In this document: positions 26,159 to 38,982 of the stretch, piece by piece
How the letters are laid out: every line of letters starts with the position of its first letter
Numbering within the stretch: the first letter of the stretch is position 1
Assembly: GCF_006345805.1 (NCBI RefSeq)
Contig: NC_042999.1
Coordinates: 115,692,001-115,756,000 of the forward strand
Source of the DNA: Octopus sinensis
Taxonomy: Eukaryota
Length of the DNA: 64,000 nt
Direction of reading: 5' to 3'
Program-made: the position numbers and the translations under genes
Notes under the pieces: model-generated
What the model was told of the DNA's origin: nothing
Databases searched by the model: none
Seen by the model: the letters and a program-made list of their open reading frames with translations, nothing else

Positions 26159-27022
26159 CAGTGTGTGGTGAATAGGTCAAAATAACGCAAAAAAGAATAT
26201 AACACTTGACATCTCATTTTAGCGGATATATTTACCAAAATTACATAAAAATATCTTGAAATACTAAAGAGTAAATTTATTCAATAAAATCGCCATTGGC
26301 CTCAACCACGGCCTCCAGACAACTTCGGAATCTCCTGCAACTCTTCTAGACGGTCTCCTTGTTTAAGTTGGTGAATGCTGCTATAATCGTTGCATTCAGT
26401 TCATCTTTGATGTTACCCGGAGTTTTGTTGGTCTCTCGCTCAACTGTGCCCCACACATAATAATGAAGGGGGTTGCAGCCTGGGGAAATAGGTGGCCAGA
26501 TGTTAGGTGTGATGTGATCGCAGAAATTGTCTGACAGTCATGACTGGGTTCTCCTGCTTGTGTGGCATGGTGCAGAATCCTATTACCAGACATAGGGTCT
26601 TCAAGCAGCCACCCTCTTTATCCAGGGCAGCACTTTCTCCCCCGTGCACTTGATGGAGGCCACCGTGTTGAGTTTGAGGCCGTATCGGAAGATGAATGGA
26701 AGTATACCGTCACCATCATTAGTGATCACTTCAGACACCATGATGTTGACTGGATGTTTCATTTATAGCACTCTTGATACGTGTCCTCAGATTGACACCC
26801 AAAAACTCTGAAATGTTCGTATTGGAGCTTCCAGTGCGAATGTCAAGCAGCAGAGCATGTTTCCGAATTTCTGGTAGAGTGAATTGTGCCATCGTGCTGT
26901 TTTCCTCACTGACGGTGCCCAACTCAACTTACTATACTGTTTAGTCGACAAAATCAAAAACAAACGATACGCCTACGTGACATTAAAAGTATAAAATGGT
27001 GACATTTTACCCATCGCACCCT

Positions 27023-27023
<1 letters not shown>
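26159..27023 (-). mobile_element. Internally deleted maT-like (DD37D) Tc1/mariner transposon
   Basis: Minus strand: DSAPCHT..WPPISPGCNPL(H)YYVWG..LEAVVEANGDFIE*, with 37 residues between the second D and the third catalytic position; degenerate cag.gtg TIRs. Confidence 0.85.
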
Positions 27024-27075
<52 letters not shown>

Positions 27076-27148
27076 AAAAACAAAGTCAAATATAATAGTA
27101 AAAATATTTTAACTATGCTTACTGCATTTTCAACTTCCATATTTTGTA

Positions 27149-27199
<51 letters not shown>

Positions 27200-27207
<8 letters not shown>

Positions 27208-27529
27208 ATATTTCGGAATGGTCATTTTGCCAGTTTAGCCGATAAAACACACGCACATATATTTGGTGTTACTTGCTTCAGTGTTATTTATTTTTTACAT
27301 TAATCTTAATCTTATTTCGGCCAGAGTTCTTTCGTAACACTCCTGTGACCGCATCAGTGGTCCTTAGTTTTCTTCTTTCTTATTTGTGTCTCTCCTTACT
27401 AACCGTCAGCCATTTTGTATTTCTATTATATGTCTTCATTTGCGCATGCTTATATCGCTATGTGCGTCTATGTTTATTTAGTGTGTGTGGCTAAACTGGC
27501 AAAATGACCATTCCGAAATATAACAATAT
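27200..27529. mobile_element. Fold-back cassette with 41-bp inverted arms
   Basis: 27200-27240 is the exact reverse complement of 27489-27529; within (TA)n-rich DNA; encloses an HHR-like variant. Confidence 0.8.
27301..27360 (-). ncRNA. Hammerhead-like variant (CUGAUGC core)
   Basis: Minus strand: CTGATGC-GGTCA-CAG-GAGT..ACTC-TGGCC-GAAA-TAAGATTA. Good stem II, weak stems I and III. Confidence 0.4.
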
Positions 27530-27580
27530 CTGTTTCAACACACGACTTCACATAAAAAATCTTGCACAACAAATATATAA

Positions 27581-27630
<50 letters not shown>

Positions 27631-27756
27631 GTTTATATATATATATATAACGGATATATTGCCTTCCAAACGAAATATAACGGAGGAATAAAGGATATTA
27701 AAAAAAATCTTGCACGAGAAAAGCTGGAATGTGTCTCTGCTTATATATGTGTACCT

Positions 27757-27808
<52 letters not shown>

Positions 27809-27932
27809 GTGTGTGTGTTGTGTAGAAAGATAGATAGATACGGGCATATATACATACGAATATATATGCTCACACACGTATGTATGTATGTATATACATA
27901 TAAATATATACATATACACATATAAATATACA

Positions 27933-28011
<79 letters not shown>

Positions 28012-28028
28012 GATATATATATATACAC

Positions 28029-28062
<34 letters not shown>

Positions 28063-28178
28063 CGTATATAAATAAAATATATATATATATATATGTAGGT
28101 CCCGGTTGAGTCGGGGTTAACCACAGTAAATAAGGTACTCAATACATAGCAGAGTAAAGTAATTTATTTTATAGAAGG

Positions 28179-28229
28179 AGCTTCTACAGGACTAGAACTG
28201 TTTCATTCAGATGAAATCTTCAGGAAGCT
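28179..28229 (-). ncRNA. Type I hammerhead ribozyme with a looped (non-palindromic) stem III
   Basis: Minus strand: AGCTTC-CTGAAGA-TTTC-ATCT-GAAT-GAAA-CAG-TTCTAGTC-CTG-TA^GAAGCT. 6-bp stem I, intact core, AATAAA just downstream. Confidence 0.85.
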
Positions 28230-28433
28230 GGCTGTCAAAATAAGTTCTGGTATTTACGCATATATAAGCATATATACGCATATAAATACATATATGTATA
28301 TATAAATACACACATGCATACACATACATACACACATATACATACATGCACATACATACACATGCATACACGTACATACATATACAAATCTATACACATA
28401 CACATATATATACCCATACATAAATCTACATGT

Positions 28434-28468
<35 letters not shown>

Positions 28469-28788
28469 CATGCATACACAAATATACATGCATACACACA
28501 TACATTTATATACAAATACACATGTATATATAAATACACATACGCATACACAAATATGTACATGCATATACACATACATACACATACACACACACATATA
28601 TATATACATAAATACATACATGTATATATATATACACATATACACATATACATACATACACACATATAAAACACATATATGCATACACACATATACATAC
28701 ATAAACATATATACATGTATATACATACATATAAATATATACACATGTACACACGTACATACATAAATACGTACACACACATACAACC

Positions 28789-28855
<67 letters not shown>

Positions 28856-29111
28856 CACGCGTATACATACATAGTACATATATACACATACACACATATA
28901 CACGCACACACATACATATGTACATATACATATGCACACATACATATATATACACACACACCTCATAATACGTATATAATCTTTATACATATGTTTATAT
29001 TTGAGTAAAAATGAATAAGAATGACTTGTCTGATAATTATTTTCCGCTTTATTGATTCGATGTTTACAAATCGTATGTTTACAAAGGCATATGTACATTC
29101 GTATGTATAAA

Positions 29112-29157
<46 letters not shown>

Positions 29158-29260
29158 CGTGTATGTCTGTTTGTGTGTGAGTACATAGATACTTGCATAC
29201 ATGATTATAGGAGTGTCGCAGCTTATAGAAATATATATTTATTGTTTACTATTAGATAGA

Positions 29261-30085
29261 GGCAGCGAGCTGGTAGAGAGGTTAGCGACATTTCTTCCGT
29301 ATTTACGTGTCCAAATTCCGTTGAAGTCGACTTTGCCTTTCATCCTTTTGGAGTCGATAAAATAAGTACCAATTGAGCACATGGGTCGATGTAATCGACT
29401 TTACTTCTACCCCGAAATTGCTGGCCTTGTGCCGATATTTGAAATTACTTTTAAGGCGGCGAGTTGGCAGAATAGTTAGCACGCCGGGCGAAATACTAAA
29501 CGGATTTCGACCGTCTTCACGTTCTGAGTTCAAATTCCGCCTTTCCTCTTTTCGGAGTCGATAAGATAAGTACCAGTTTAGCACTGGGGTCGACGTAATC
29601 GACTTACCCGTACCCTGAAATTGCTGGTCTTGTGTTAAAATTTGAAATTCATATTGAGGCGGCGAGCTGGCAGAATCGTTAGCACGCCGGGAAAAATGTT
29701 TGGCAGCATTTCGACCGTCTTTAGGTTCTGATTTCAAATTCTGTGGAAGTCGAGTTCGCCTTTCGTCCTTTCGGGGTAGATAAAATAGGTACCAGTTGAA
29801 CACTGGGATCGATAAATCGACTTACACACTCCTTCGAACTTGCTGGCATTGTGTCAAAATATGAAAGTATTATTTAATATCACATTAAGGTGGCGAACTG
29901 GCACAATCTTTAGCACACCAGACAAAAAAACTAAGCGACATTTCGCCCGTCTCTACACCTTGCGTTCAGATTCCGTCTTACATCCCTTCGGGGTCGATGA
30001 AATAAGTACCAGTTACGCACTGAGGTTGATGCAATCGGCTAGCTCCCGCCTCGAAAATATGTCCTTGCACCTATTGTAGAAAGGA
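29261..30085 (+). mobile_element. Head-to-tail array of four tRNA-derived SINEs (family B)
   Basis: Heads gg(c/t)(a/g)gcga.(c/t)tgg at 29261, 29455, 29658 and 29889; each unit has a cctt..g.gt.gata...aagtaccag core. Confidence 0.9.
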
Positions 30086-30173
30086 TGAATTATTCTTACA
30101 TTAAATATGCAAATTGTTTATCATTAAATCTTCTAACAAATTCAATAAAGTGGCATTGTGTCAGCTAATGTGA

Positions 30174-30217
<44 letters not shown>

Positions 30218-30789
30218 TATGTGGTCACATGTGTATGTGTGCAGCACATACATACGCACACATACGCGCACATATTGTATACATTTGAAAGTCGTAGTTG
30301 TGCAGTTATGATGTATAAAAGTGTTTACATATTCGGTCAATGAATCCTTGGGGCATTTGTTGTCAACAATCCTTTGCTGTACAAGAAAGTCGAATGTCTA
30401 CATACTATTTTAATTCGAACATCTCCTGTTATGCTTTGTGCTTCGATAGGAAGCAATTCAGATGTTTGTATCTCATTTCCATCTTATTTTCTTCTCTATT
30501 CTACTTTTATTTTTGATGGGGACACCCTCAGGTCGAAAACTGAGAAGTTCGCGCGCACTCATACACATATTCATATATGCATATCCGTACACACATGCGT
30601 GGGTACACACACACACACGACAGAGCACACACAAACATACACATGAACGCGCGCGCGCACACACACACACATTCGGTTTGAATTTCACACTTTGACACTT
30701 TGACAATTTGCACAAAAGTAAAAGGAAATACAATATATAATCCAAAAATAAAAGTATTCTAAGAAAATCAAAAAATATCAACTAGTTTA

Positions 30790-31200
30790 TGGCTGGGAGA
30801 TAACAGTCTAATGAAAGTAACCGCACTCAGAATCCACCACGGCCTCAAAACTGCTCCCGAACTTAGGGCGTGCGTTCTTCATTGTGTCTTTCGGAAGATT
30901 TTCAAAACACCTTCATGATCTTGACTACCAGTTCGGCCTTGATGTTGCAGATAGAGCGGTTGGTCTCTTTGTCACCCGCGTACGGTACACAATAATCCAT
31001 ACGATTACAATCGGAGCAATTAGGAACCTAGAGATTGGGGGCACCGAAGTTGCATTCATTTTCTGACAGCCACTTCTGACATTGAATCCTGCTGCCACGC
31101 ATATGACTTTCCAGCAAACAACCCGCTCTAGTCATGGTTTGACCACAGTCTTCAATAACCTTACATAGCAGTCTAAATTAAGCCTAAATATCTGTTCATC
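30790..31200 (-). mobile_element. maT-like transposase fragment
   Basis: Minus strand: YVRLLKTVVKP, YAWQQDS, PNCSDCNRMDY, FEAVVDSECGYF*; homologous to 26159-27023. Confidence 0.75.
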
Positions 31201-31336
31201 ACTTGTTGAATGAATCCCGGCGTGCGGACGTTGTCAGAACAACTTGAGTGTCCCTTTCTGCTGGTCACGGCTTCGTAGTCTCTGTTGCAGCTATCCATGT
31301 CACGTCTTACAGTGTTCACAGAGCAGTGAGCAGCAG

Positions 31337-31403
<67 letters not shown>

Positions 31404-31447
31404 TATTATTATTATTATCATCATCATCATCATCATCATCATTATTA

Positions 31448-31565
31448 TTCAGGTCACTGTCTGGAATCGAACTCGGAATCCTGGAGTTAGTGGCCCGCAC
31501 TCTTAACCACTTAACTACTATGGCGTAGTAGTTAAGAGCGCGGGCTACTAACTTCAAGATTCCGA
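31448..31565. mobile_element. Inverted pair of tRNA-SINE heads inside (TAA)n
   Basis: tcggaatcctggagttagtggcccgcactcttaac versus gttaagagcgcgggctactaacttcaagattccga. Confidence 0.7.
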
Positions 31566-31722
31566 CTAATAATAATAATAATAATAATACTAATACTAAT
31601 AATAATAATAATAATAATAATAATGATAATAATAATAATAATAATAATGATAATAATAATAATAATAATAATAATATAATAATAATGATAATGATGATAA
31701 TAATAATAATAATAATAATATA

Positions 31723-31773
<51 letters not shown>

Positions 31774-31862
31774 TGATGATGATGATGATAATAATAACAA
31801 CAAGAACAACAACATCGAAAAATATCTTAGGAATGAGAATCCAGGTTCAAATTTTCCCCAAG

Positions 31863-31907
31863 ACACCTGATGAAGTCTGGAGAATATATCAGCCGAAACG
31901 TTACGTT
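31863..31907 (+). ncRNA. Minimal hammerhead motif
   Basis: ACAC-CTGATGA-A-GTCTGG-AGAATATA-TCAGCC-GAAA-CGTT-A. Intact core and AACGTT palindrome; stem I degraded. Confidence 0.6.
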
Positions 31908-32469
31908 AACAACAAACAAGATGCCTTTCATTCTTCGGGGTCGTTAAAATAAGTACCAGTTGTGCAAGAAATATAAGTGGTACTTGTAATACTCCTATCA
32001 ATACATGAATCAAATACAAACACAACAAGCTTGTTATGGTTGCTTGGGACAAAATTCTGCTCTTATAGAAGTCAGCTGCCCAGCAGACAAAGGAAATTAA
32101 TTTAAAGTCTGTGGGAACTTATGAACAAATCCTTCGATATTCTAATTAGAAATTCCCATCTTTACCAGTAATTAAGTGGCACACTTGACTATGTTATAAA
32201 ACGTCCAATAATCTTTCAAAGTTAGGTTTTCAGGTAAAGAAAAGATCCAATTAATATTTTCTCATAATTCATTCTATTAGAAGACTAATGAATATCTATA
32301 AAGTTTTATATGAAATGTATCGTGTTGTACTTTCCGTCTAAACTTCAGCGATAGAGCTTTGATTGTTAGTTAAGGAAGTTTCCATCTTATAGGATGATTT
32401 AAGAGAATAAATAGAGGCAAGGAAATCAGCAAAATAGATAAAGATGTAGGTAAAAGCCTGGATGTGACA

Positions 32470-33500
32470 ACCGATGCAGAATGCGGAACTTACACTGAAT
32501 ATTTTAGCTGACATTATAACCAGCTTTCTGAAAATGTCATTGCAAAACTATTTACCTAAGAGGCATGGTGCCATTGTTAATGCATCATGCATTGCAATCC
32601 GTGGAAAGGATAATTCTGAAGACCAATTCTGGCATATAAGATGTAGTCTTACATTCTCATAATATGAAAGAATATTGGAATTATATTTCCCGTTTAAACC
32701 TCTCTAAAATACTACCACAACGAATCTAGCATGATAATTCGGAGCACAAAGGAAAGTGTACTTTGTAGAAATAAGATATTAAAGGTGAAAGACAAAGAAA
32801 TCATCTTTGGTGAACTAATAAGAAATCTGCTGATACTACATTCAAACAATAACTTTATATTTATATATGTGATCATTGAGGCACTTGGCTATGTAACTTA
32901 ATCTTGAGAATCTGGACTTCACCAAACCTGATAAGATATGGCTGATTGTGAAATTACAATTGCAACCGATTAATGAAACTGAAAATGTGGGAAACATTCG
33001 AGGAACTACCTATGATAGTTATACATAGAAACATGATTATAAGCACATAAGTCAAAAGATACACATTCATATGATATGGCTAATAAATGCGCCGAAGTAA
33101 CGCACACCATATCGAATTATTACATATGTTTTACAGCTAACTTTGTGAAGTGGCGTATTTCTATGCATCATTACTTGTATAATAATGAAAAGCGTTGACT
33201 TTCTACCTCGTTAGCTGAGTACATCTTTAATTTAAGGCCGAAAGGAAACAAATTCAAACTCCTTTGGTCTAGTATCGATTCTGTTACTCTTTATGAAGCT
33301 GGTGTATAAGGTTATACGCGAGGCTATGGTTATCATTATAACTGATAGTCAGCATCTGCTTAATAAGCGTAATGAATTGATTGTCAGTCGTAGACATCGA
33401 TTAAAACACTTTTTCTACAACTATATTTCTCAGACGTTGCAGAGTGTAAGAAATATTAGCCATTCAAAAGCAAAGAAAAATACTGTCAACTTCACTTAAA
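32470..33500 (+). pseudogene. Old Penelope-like RT/GIY-YIG relic
   Basis: Fragments YICFTANFVKWRISMH, STSLAEYIFNL, KLLW and LLNKRNELIVSRRH match the GIY-YIG C-terminus at 11400-11830. Confidence 0.65.
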
Positions 33501-33588
33501 CATTTATTTCTTGATGTCAAAGTTTTGTGATTACTGATAAATTTTCGTGATCCCACTGGAACTCTGATTATATGATGCAGTGGAATTA

Positions 33589-33631
33589 TGTCAGTGACGA
33601 GTTCGCAGTTGGTGTGACGAAAGTTTTGACA
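33589..33631 (+). ncRNA. Decayed hammerhead 3' of the Penelope relic
   Basis: TGTCA-GTGACGA-GTTCGC-AGTTG-GTGTGAC-GAAA-GTTT-TGACA. Perfect 5-bp stem I; first core C>G. Confidence 0.6.
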
Positions 33632-34329
33632 CCAACTGATACATGTTTAAGTGAATTTAATCTATGTGTTTGTTGAATGACTAATACGCATCTTCCACGA
33701 TGAAGTCCTTTTAGCTTCAACACATAGTCTCAGATCAAAACTCTTGCCAGACAAGTACATCTCCGAAATATATTTTTCCGGAGTGATATCTGTCTCTTTC
33801 ACTATTCATTGGATCCTCTGGTCTTTTTTCTCAAGAATATTTATGATTATGCTGCATTTGGTTTCCAATGATTTCCATTATTCTGCTTATGCACTCCTTA
33901 CGTAACACCTGGTACCCGAATCTTGTTGGTTTACCAAACTGTATATCACCACTTAACCTACTTTTTTCTTTACTTGCATATCTCCTCTTTCTTTGAACCA
34001 CTCATTTCTTTTATTTATTTTTTGTTCATTATTATTCTTAGTATTAATATTATAAAATAATTATTATTGGCGTTGCTGTTGATACCATTGTTATTATTCT
34101 CATTACTATGATGGAAGATTTTTTTAGCTATTATTATTTTCTATTGTATTTTAATGTCTTGCCAAGTATCATTCCGATACCAAGGATAAAGAAACTCACT
34201 GTATACATTTATAAACCATTAAGCTAAACACACCAGCTTGTTCACTTTCAAAATGAATTGAAGTTATTCGAAGAAAAATCAAACATACATGGGTGATAAT
34301 CGTCTTAACATCTCCCAACGTGTGACGTA

Positions 34330-34680
34330 ACAGTTAAAATAAATCTTTTGCACTTCTTGCATAGATGGTAAGCCAAGGATCATTCTCAAATAACCTTCAG
34401 TTCCATTTTTTGGTAATTCTTAGTACTCCTGCAGTCACTGTGTTATTGTAACTGCCTTGAGATGCAACATATTTTCAATTTCAATGGGAAAATCTTTATA
34501 TCTTCTGAGCTTGTCAAATTGTTTTGCCGAGATATTATGATCACAAGGAATACTCACTTCGATCAATAAACAAACTTAATTATTTTAGTCTTTCACAACA
34601 ATGTTCAGTTTATTAACGGTGGTGGTTCGGCCTCTATTTACTGGAAAGTCCCAAAGAATCGTTACATTTCTCCATCAGTT
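34330..34680 (-). mobile_element. R4/Dong-like RLE 3' fragment
   Basis: Minus strand: ILWDFPV, NIVVKD, LIEVSIPCDHNI, KLRRYKD. Confidence 0.75.
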
Positions 34681-34706
34681 ACATCCTTAGGGTGGTGGTA
34701 ATTATA

Positions 34707-34707
<1 letters not shown>

Positions 34708-34739
<32 letters not shown>

Positions 34740-34864
34740 CTTCTTCTTCTTCTTCTTCTTCTTCTTCTTCTTCTTCTTCTTCTTCTTCTTCTTCTTCTTC
34801 TTCTTCTTCTTCTTCTTCTTCTTCTTCTTCTTCTTCTTCTTCTTCTTCTTCTTCTTCTTCTTCT
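34708..34864. repeat. (GTT)n followed by a long pure (CTT)n tract
   Basis: Visible tandem repeats. Confidence 0.95.
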
Positions 34865-34866
34865 TT

Positions 34867-37126
34867 TTATTGTCTGGCCTATTCGCATCTATCTTTCTGT
34901 CAGTTCGAATGGTGAAGTTCCAGAGGAGTGAGATGTAATCCTTTTCAAGCACTGGAGGTGGTTTGTGTTCCCACCAGTTTTTATCATAGGACATGTCCAG
35001 GTTTTTGCAAATTACCCAGTGAATATATTGTGCAGCTCTATCATGCCTGTTGGGATACTCTGTACGCGCAAGAAGACTGCACTTGGAGACAACATGATCA
35101 ATGGTTTTATTTTGTTGTTGACATACGCGACAGGTTGTGCTTTGCCGTTTTTTAATGTGTTGGCCTAGTAGTTCTTTGTAGGTAGGCATTGATCTTGGGC
35201 TGCTATGATAAACCCTTCTGTTTCAGATTTTAAGCCAGAGGCCATTAGCCATTGATGGATAAGGCTTTGTCAACATCGGCACTATTCGCTCTCTTTGGGT
35301 ATTTGCCATTGAGAGGTTTTACTTGCCATTTATCATTCAGAATATCTAAGGCAGCAGTTTTAGCACGGATTTACATGTGCTTAGCTTTTTCTGCGCCTGT
35401 TTCTCGTATGTCTAATTCCGGAATTTGTTGTATTTGGAATTCACTTAGATATTTTTTTTACCTGTTTTGTTACTGAGCATGATGCTTTCTTGTTTTCATG
35501 TTTTGAGACAAGATTTAACATCCAGTCCTCAGAGTTTTTCAGGTAGGTGTCTAGGCCAATTGTGGCAATCTTCATTGTTATTGCCAGTTGTAAAAGTCCA
35601 TGGCCTCCCTCTTTTCTTGGCATATAGAGTCGTTCTATATCTGCCTTAGGGTGGTGCTTTCTATACATTGTCAAAAGTTTTCATATTTTTCTGTCAAGAT
35701 TAGATATTTCCGTAATTGACCAGTTATCGATATTGAAACTGTAAGTCACGACTGGTATAGCTAAAGCGTTGATCGCTTCGATCCTGTTTCTCGCATTCAG
35801 CTCTATCTTGAGTATTGTTCTTACTCTGCGATAACATTCTCTCCTGATCCTTTCCTTCATCACTGAATGCCTGATTCCGTCCCCTTCAGTTACCCCTAAG
35901 AAGTTGTATCTCTCCGCTGGGTCTAACTCTTTTATGACATTCTGTTGGTCATGGTTAACGTTAGATGTTTCTGTCATTTTTCCTTTGATAAAGGTAGCTT
36001 TTGCACATTTATCGAGGCCATATTGCATTCTGATGTCATCACTGAATTGTTTAACAATCGCTAGTAAGCTCTTGAGATGTTGGTCATTTTTTGCAAAGAG
36101 CTTTAAATCATCCTTGTAAATGAGATGATTTATATTTTTATCAAACATTTTATAACCGTACTGTGCATCATTGAGCAATTTTGAGAGAGGTATTAAAGCT
36201 AAACAAAAGAGGGGTAGTGATAGTCACCACTGGAAAATGCCACATGAAATTTTTACATCTCCAGCATTTAGAGATTCATTGTCATGATCTCATACTTGCA
36301 AACAAAAAGTTTTGCAGAGTAGGCGCTATTTTATACATTTCCAGACATTTCTTAATCCAGCTATGTGGTAGGGTATCAAAAGCTTTTTTATAGTCTATCC
36401 AGGTTATTGACAAGTTTTTGGTGTCGTTTGTGACAATCTTCTAAGATCATCTTATTGATGAGTAGCTGATCATTACAACCATAGGATCCACGTTTACATC
36501 CTTTTTGCTCCTTAGGGAATATGCTGCTTTCTATTAAAAAACTATACATATATTTAATCAGGATAGATGCTAGCGTTTTATACATTGTTGTTAAGCAGGT
36601 TATGACTCTATAATTTTTTGGTTCATTTGTTTTTTCATTTTTTGGAAGCAGGAATGTTAAACCATTAACTAGCCAAGAGAGCATCATGCTAGCGTTGTAA
36701 AGTTCTGTTAGCAGTTCATGGCTCTCTGGGAAAACATTGAACCAGAAGTTAGGAATTTTATCCTTTCCTGGAGACTTCCATTTGGTTGACCTCCACTTTT
36801 GCTCCTCTAAGTAGTCCAAGTCTGTAGATATTCTATTAATCCAAAGGGCCTTTTCGTTGTGTGTTTTTCTTCTACCCAAATTTTATTCCAAAATCCCTGC
36901 ACTTCTTCTTTTGATGGGACAGACTTTACAGTAACTGTTTTCCCTATCTTCCGTAAAACATTTTGGGGTTATTTTTGAACATGTTGTCCTTGAAAAATCT
37001 AACACGCTTTTCATACCTCGCTAAGCGGGCAGCTTTAGCACATACCTTTTGCTTGATGGTTTCTATGGTGGCATCAATGTCAAGTATGGTTTTCATATAT
37101 TTTTTCTTTACTTTTCGGGTTTTTGT
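34867..37126 (-). pseudogene. R4/Dong-like LINE (family 1): RT, CCHC knuckle and start of RLE, frameshifted
   Basis: ORFs 36388-36879 (KSPGKD, PKNYRVITCL, EQKG, QLLINK), 35681-36178 (YKDDLKL, LDKC, YNFLG), 35441-35674 (RLYMPRKEGGHGL) and 34662-35189 (CRVC..H..C, RHD, NRPD); bordered by (TAA)n at 37127. Confidence 0.92.
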
Positions 37127-37140
37127 AGTTATTATTATTA

Positions 37141-37219
<79 letters not shown>

Positions 37220-38890
37220 CATTATTATTATTGTTATTATTATAAACTAGCAAATTCATGCTAGTTAGTACTGCAGCAGTTGGTGCATATCTGTGTTACT
37301 AAGGTGTATACAGTATTGTGTTCTTATTTTGCAGAGATCGAAGAGAGTACACACTCCTCTTGCTGGGGGGGGGGTCAATCTTGTAGGGTATATGTTGTGG
37401 GTGTTGTGTGGTTTTAGATTGTTAGGTACTTATTGTATAGTCTGTGTGTTGTGGGTGAATATTGTTCTGAGTTATTCTACTGAATCAACAGTTTGTTGCG
37501 CTAGATGTGGGCTGTTTCTAGCAGAGTTAGGAAAAGTCCAAACTATTGTATTATTTTATTCTTCTAATTGTTTGTCGCCAAATATTGGGCTTGTGCAGCG
37601 AGAATAAGTCCTGTTTCTACTTTTGAGCCTGCGCTTTTGAGCCTGCGCTTTTGAGCCATTTTAAACTTTCACTTTGGCTCACATCTAGTTTAACATGCCT
37701 TGCAGAGTATTAGCCTTGGAGTGGTTTTCTTCCCCATTTCTTCTTGAGTGTGTTTGGTAATTTTGTTTTCGTGTGTTTTGTCTCTTTAACCGTTTCTGGT
37801 GTGTTGCTATTTAAATTTATTGCTCTAGTATCGGCAATTTGTTTTGTATTTTATCGTTTCTTTGTGTATAGAGAAATGTTTGTTTTCTCATGAATCTATT
37901 GCATTTATGAGTCTTTCATTATTTTTTTGTAAGTATTTATCCAGTTCTCCTGTTTATATTTTACAGAAGTTTTGTATTTATTTGTCTCAGGCCACGTCCT
38001 TCTTATATGCAGGTTAGGTATATTTTGTCTATATGTGCTTTAATGCGGTGGCTTCGGTATGGTGTCAGTAGTTTCTTGGTTTTTCTATCCAAATTTTTTT
38101 ACATAGATTCTAGTTTATTACAGTGAAATTGTATTTTATAAAGTGTATGGTTAGCGTATTTATGCCTATTATCATATTTCTAGCATTGGATTCGGTATTT
38201 TGATATTCTTTTAGTATACTTTCCTTAATTGTCTCTTCCAATTCCATGTGTTGTGTTTCAGCAGTTTCATTTCTTTGGTGATTATGATCTGATACTCTAA
38301 TTTCAGTGTCTCTGTCGAGAGTAATATTCTCAGTGCTGGTTAATTTGCTCCTCCATCATATCGCTTTGGCGCATGTGTTTAGTCCCATAATTATCATTAT
38401 GCTTTTGCTGAAAACTATGGAGTATTTTAAAGTTTTCTAATTCATTTTTATTGTAAAAGATTTTTCAGTCATCCATATACAGCAAATGATGCGTAATACA
38501 TGAGAGTTACATTCAGCTCATTATTATTTTTGTCATTGTCACTATTATCTTTTGAGCAGTACTATGGACATTGATATCATTAGTGATGTCACTAATATTA
38601 TTATCATCACTATTATTATTTAAAAAATGGTTATTATTGTTGTTGTTGCTGTTATTACTATTATTGTAGTTGCTGTTCTTGTTATTTGAGCAGTACTATC
38701 GTCATTGCTGCTATCTTTGGCATTATATCCAACTGTTTTATGTGTTTGTATATATGTATATTTGAGCATATGTATATATGTTTCTGAATGTGCATGTAAG
38801 TATATATGTGTGTGTGTGCGTGTGTGTGTATGTGCGTGTGTGTGTGTGTGAGTGTGTGTATACGTGCCTGTATATGTATATGTTTCTATA

Positions 38891-38939
<49 letters not shown>

Positions 38940-38982
38940 TATTATATATATATATATGCATGTGTATCTATGTATGTATATA

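Noticed and set aside
37240-38520. Possible 5' part of the Dong element
   Set aside because: Composition fits, but no diagnostic motif could be read.
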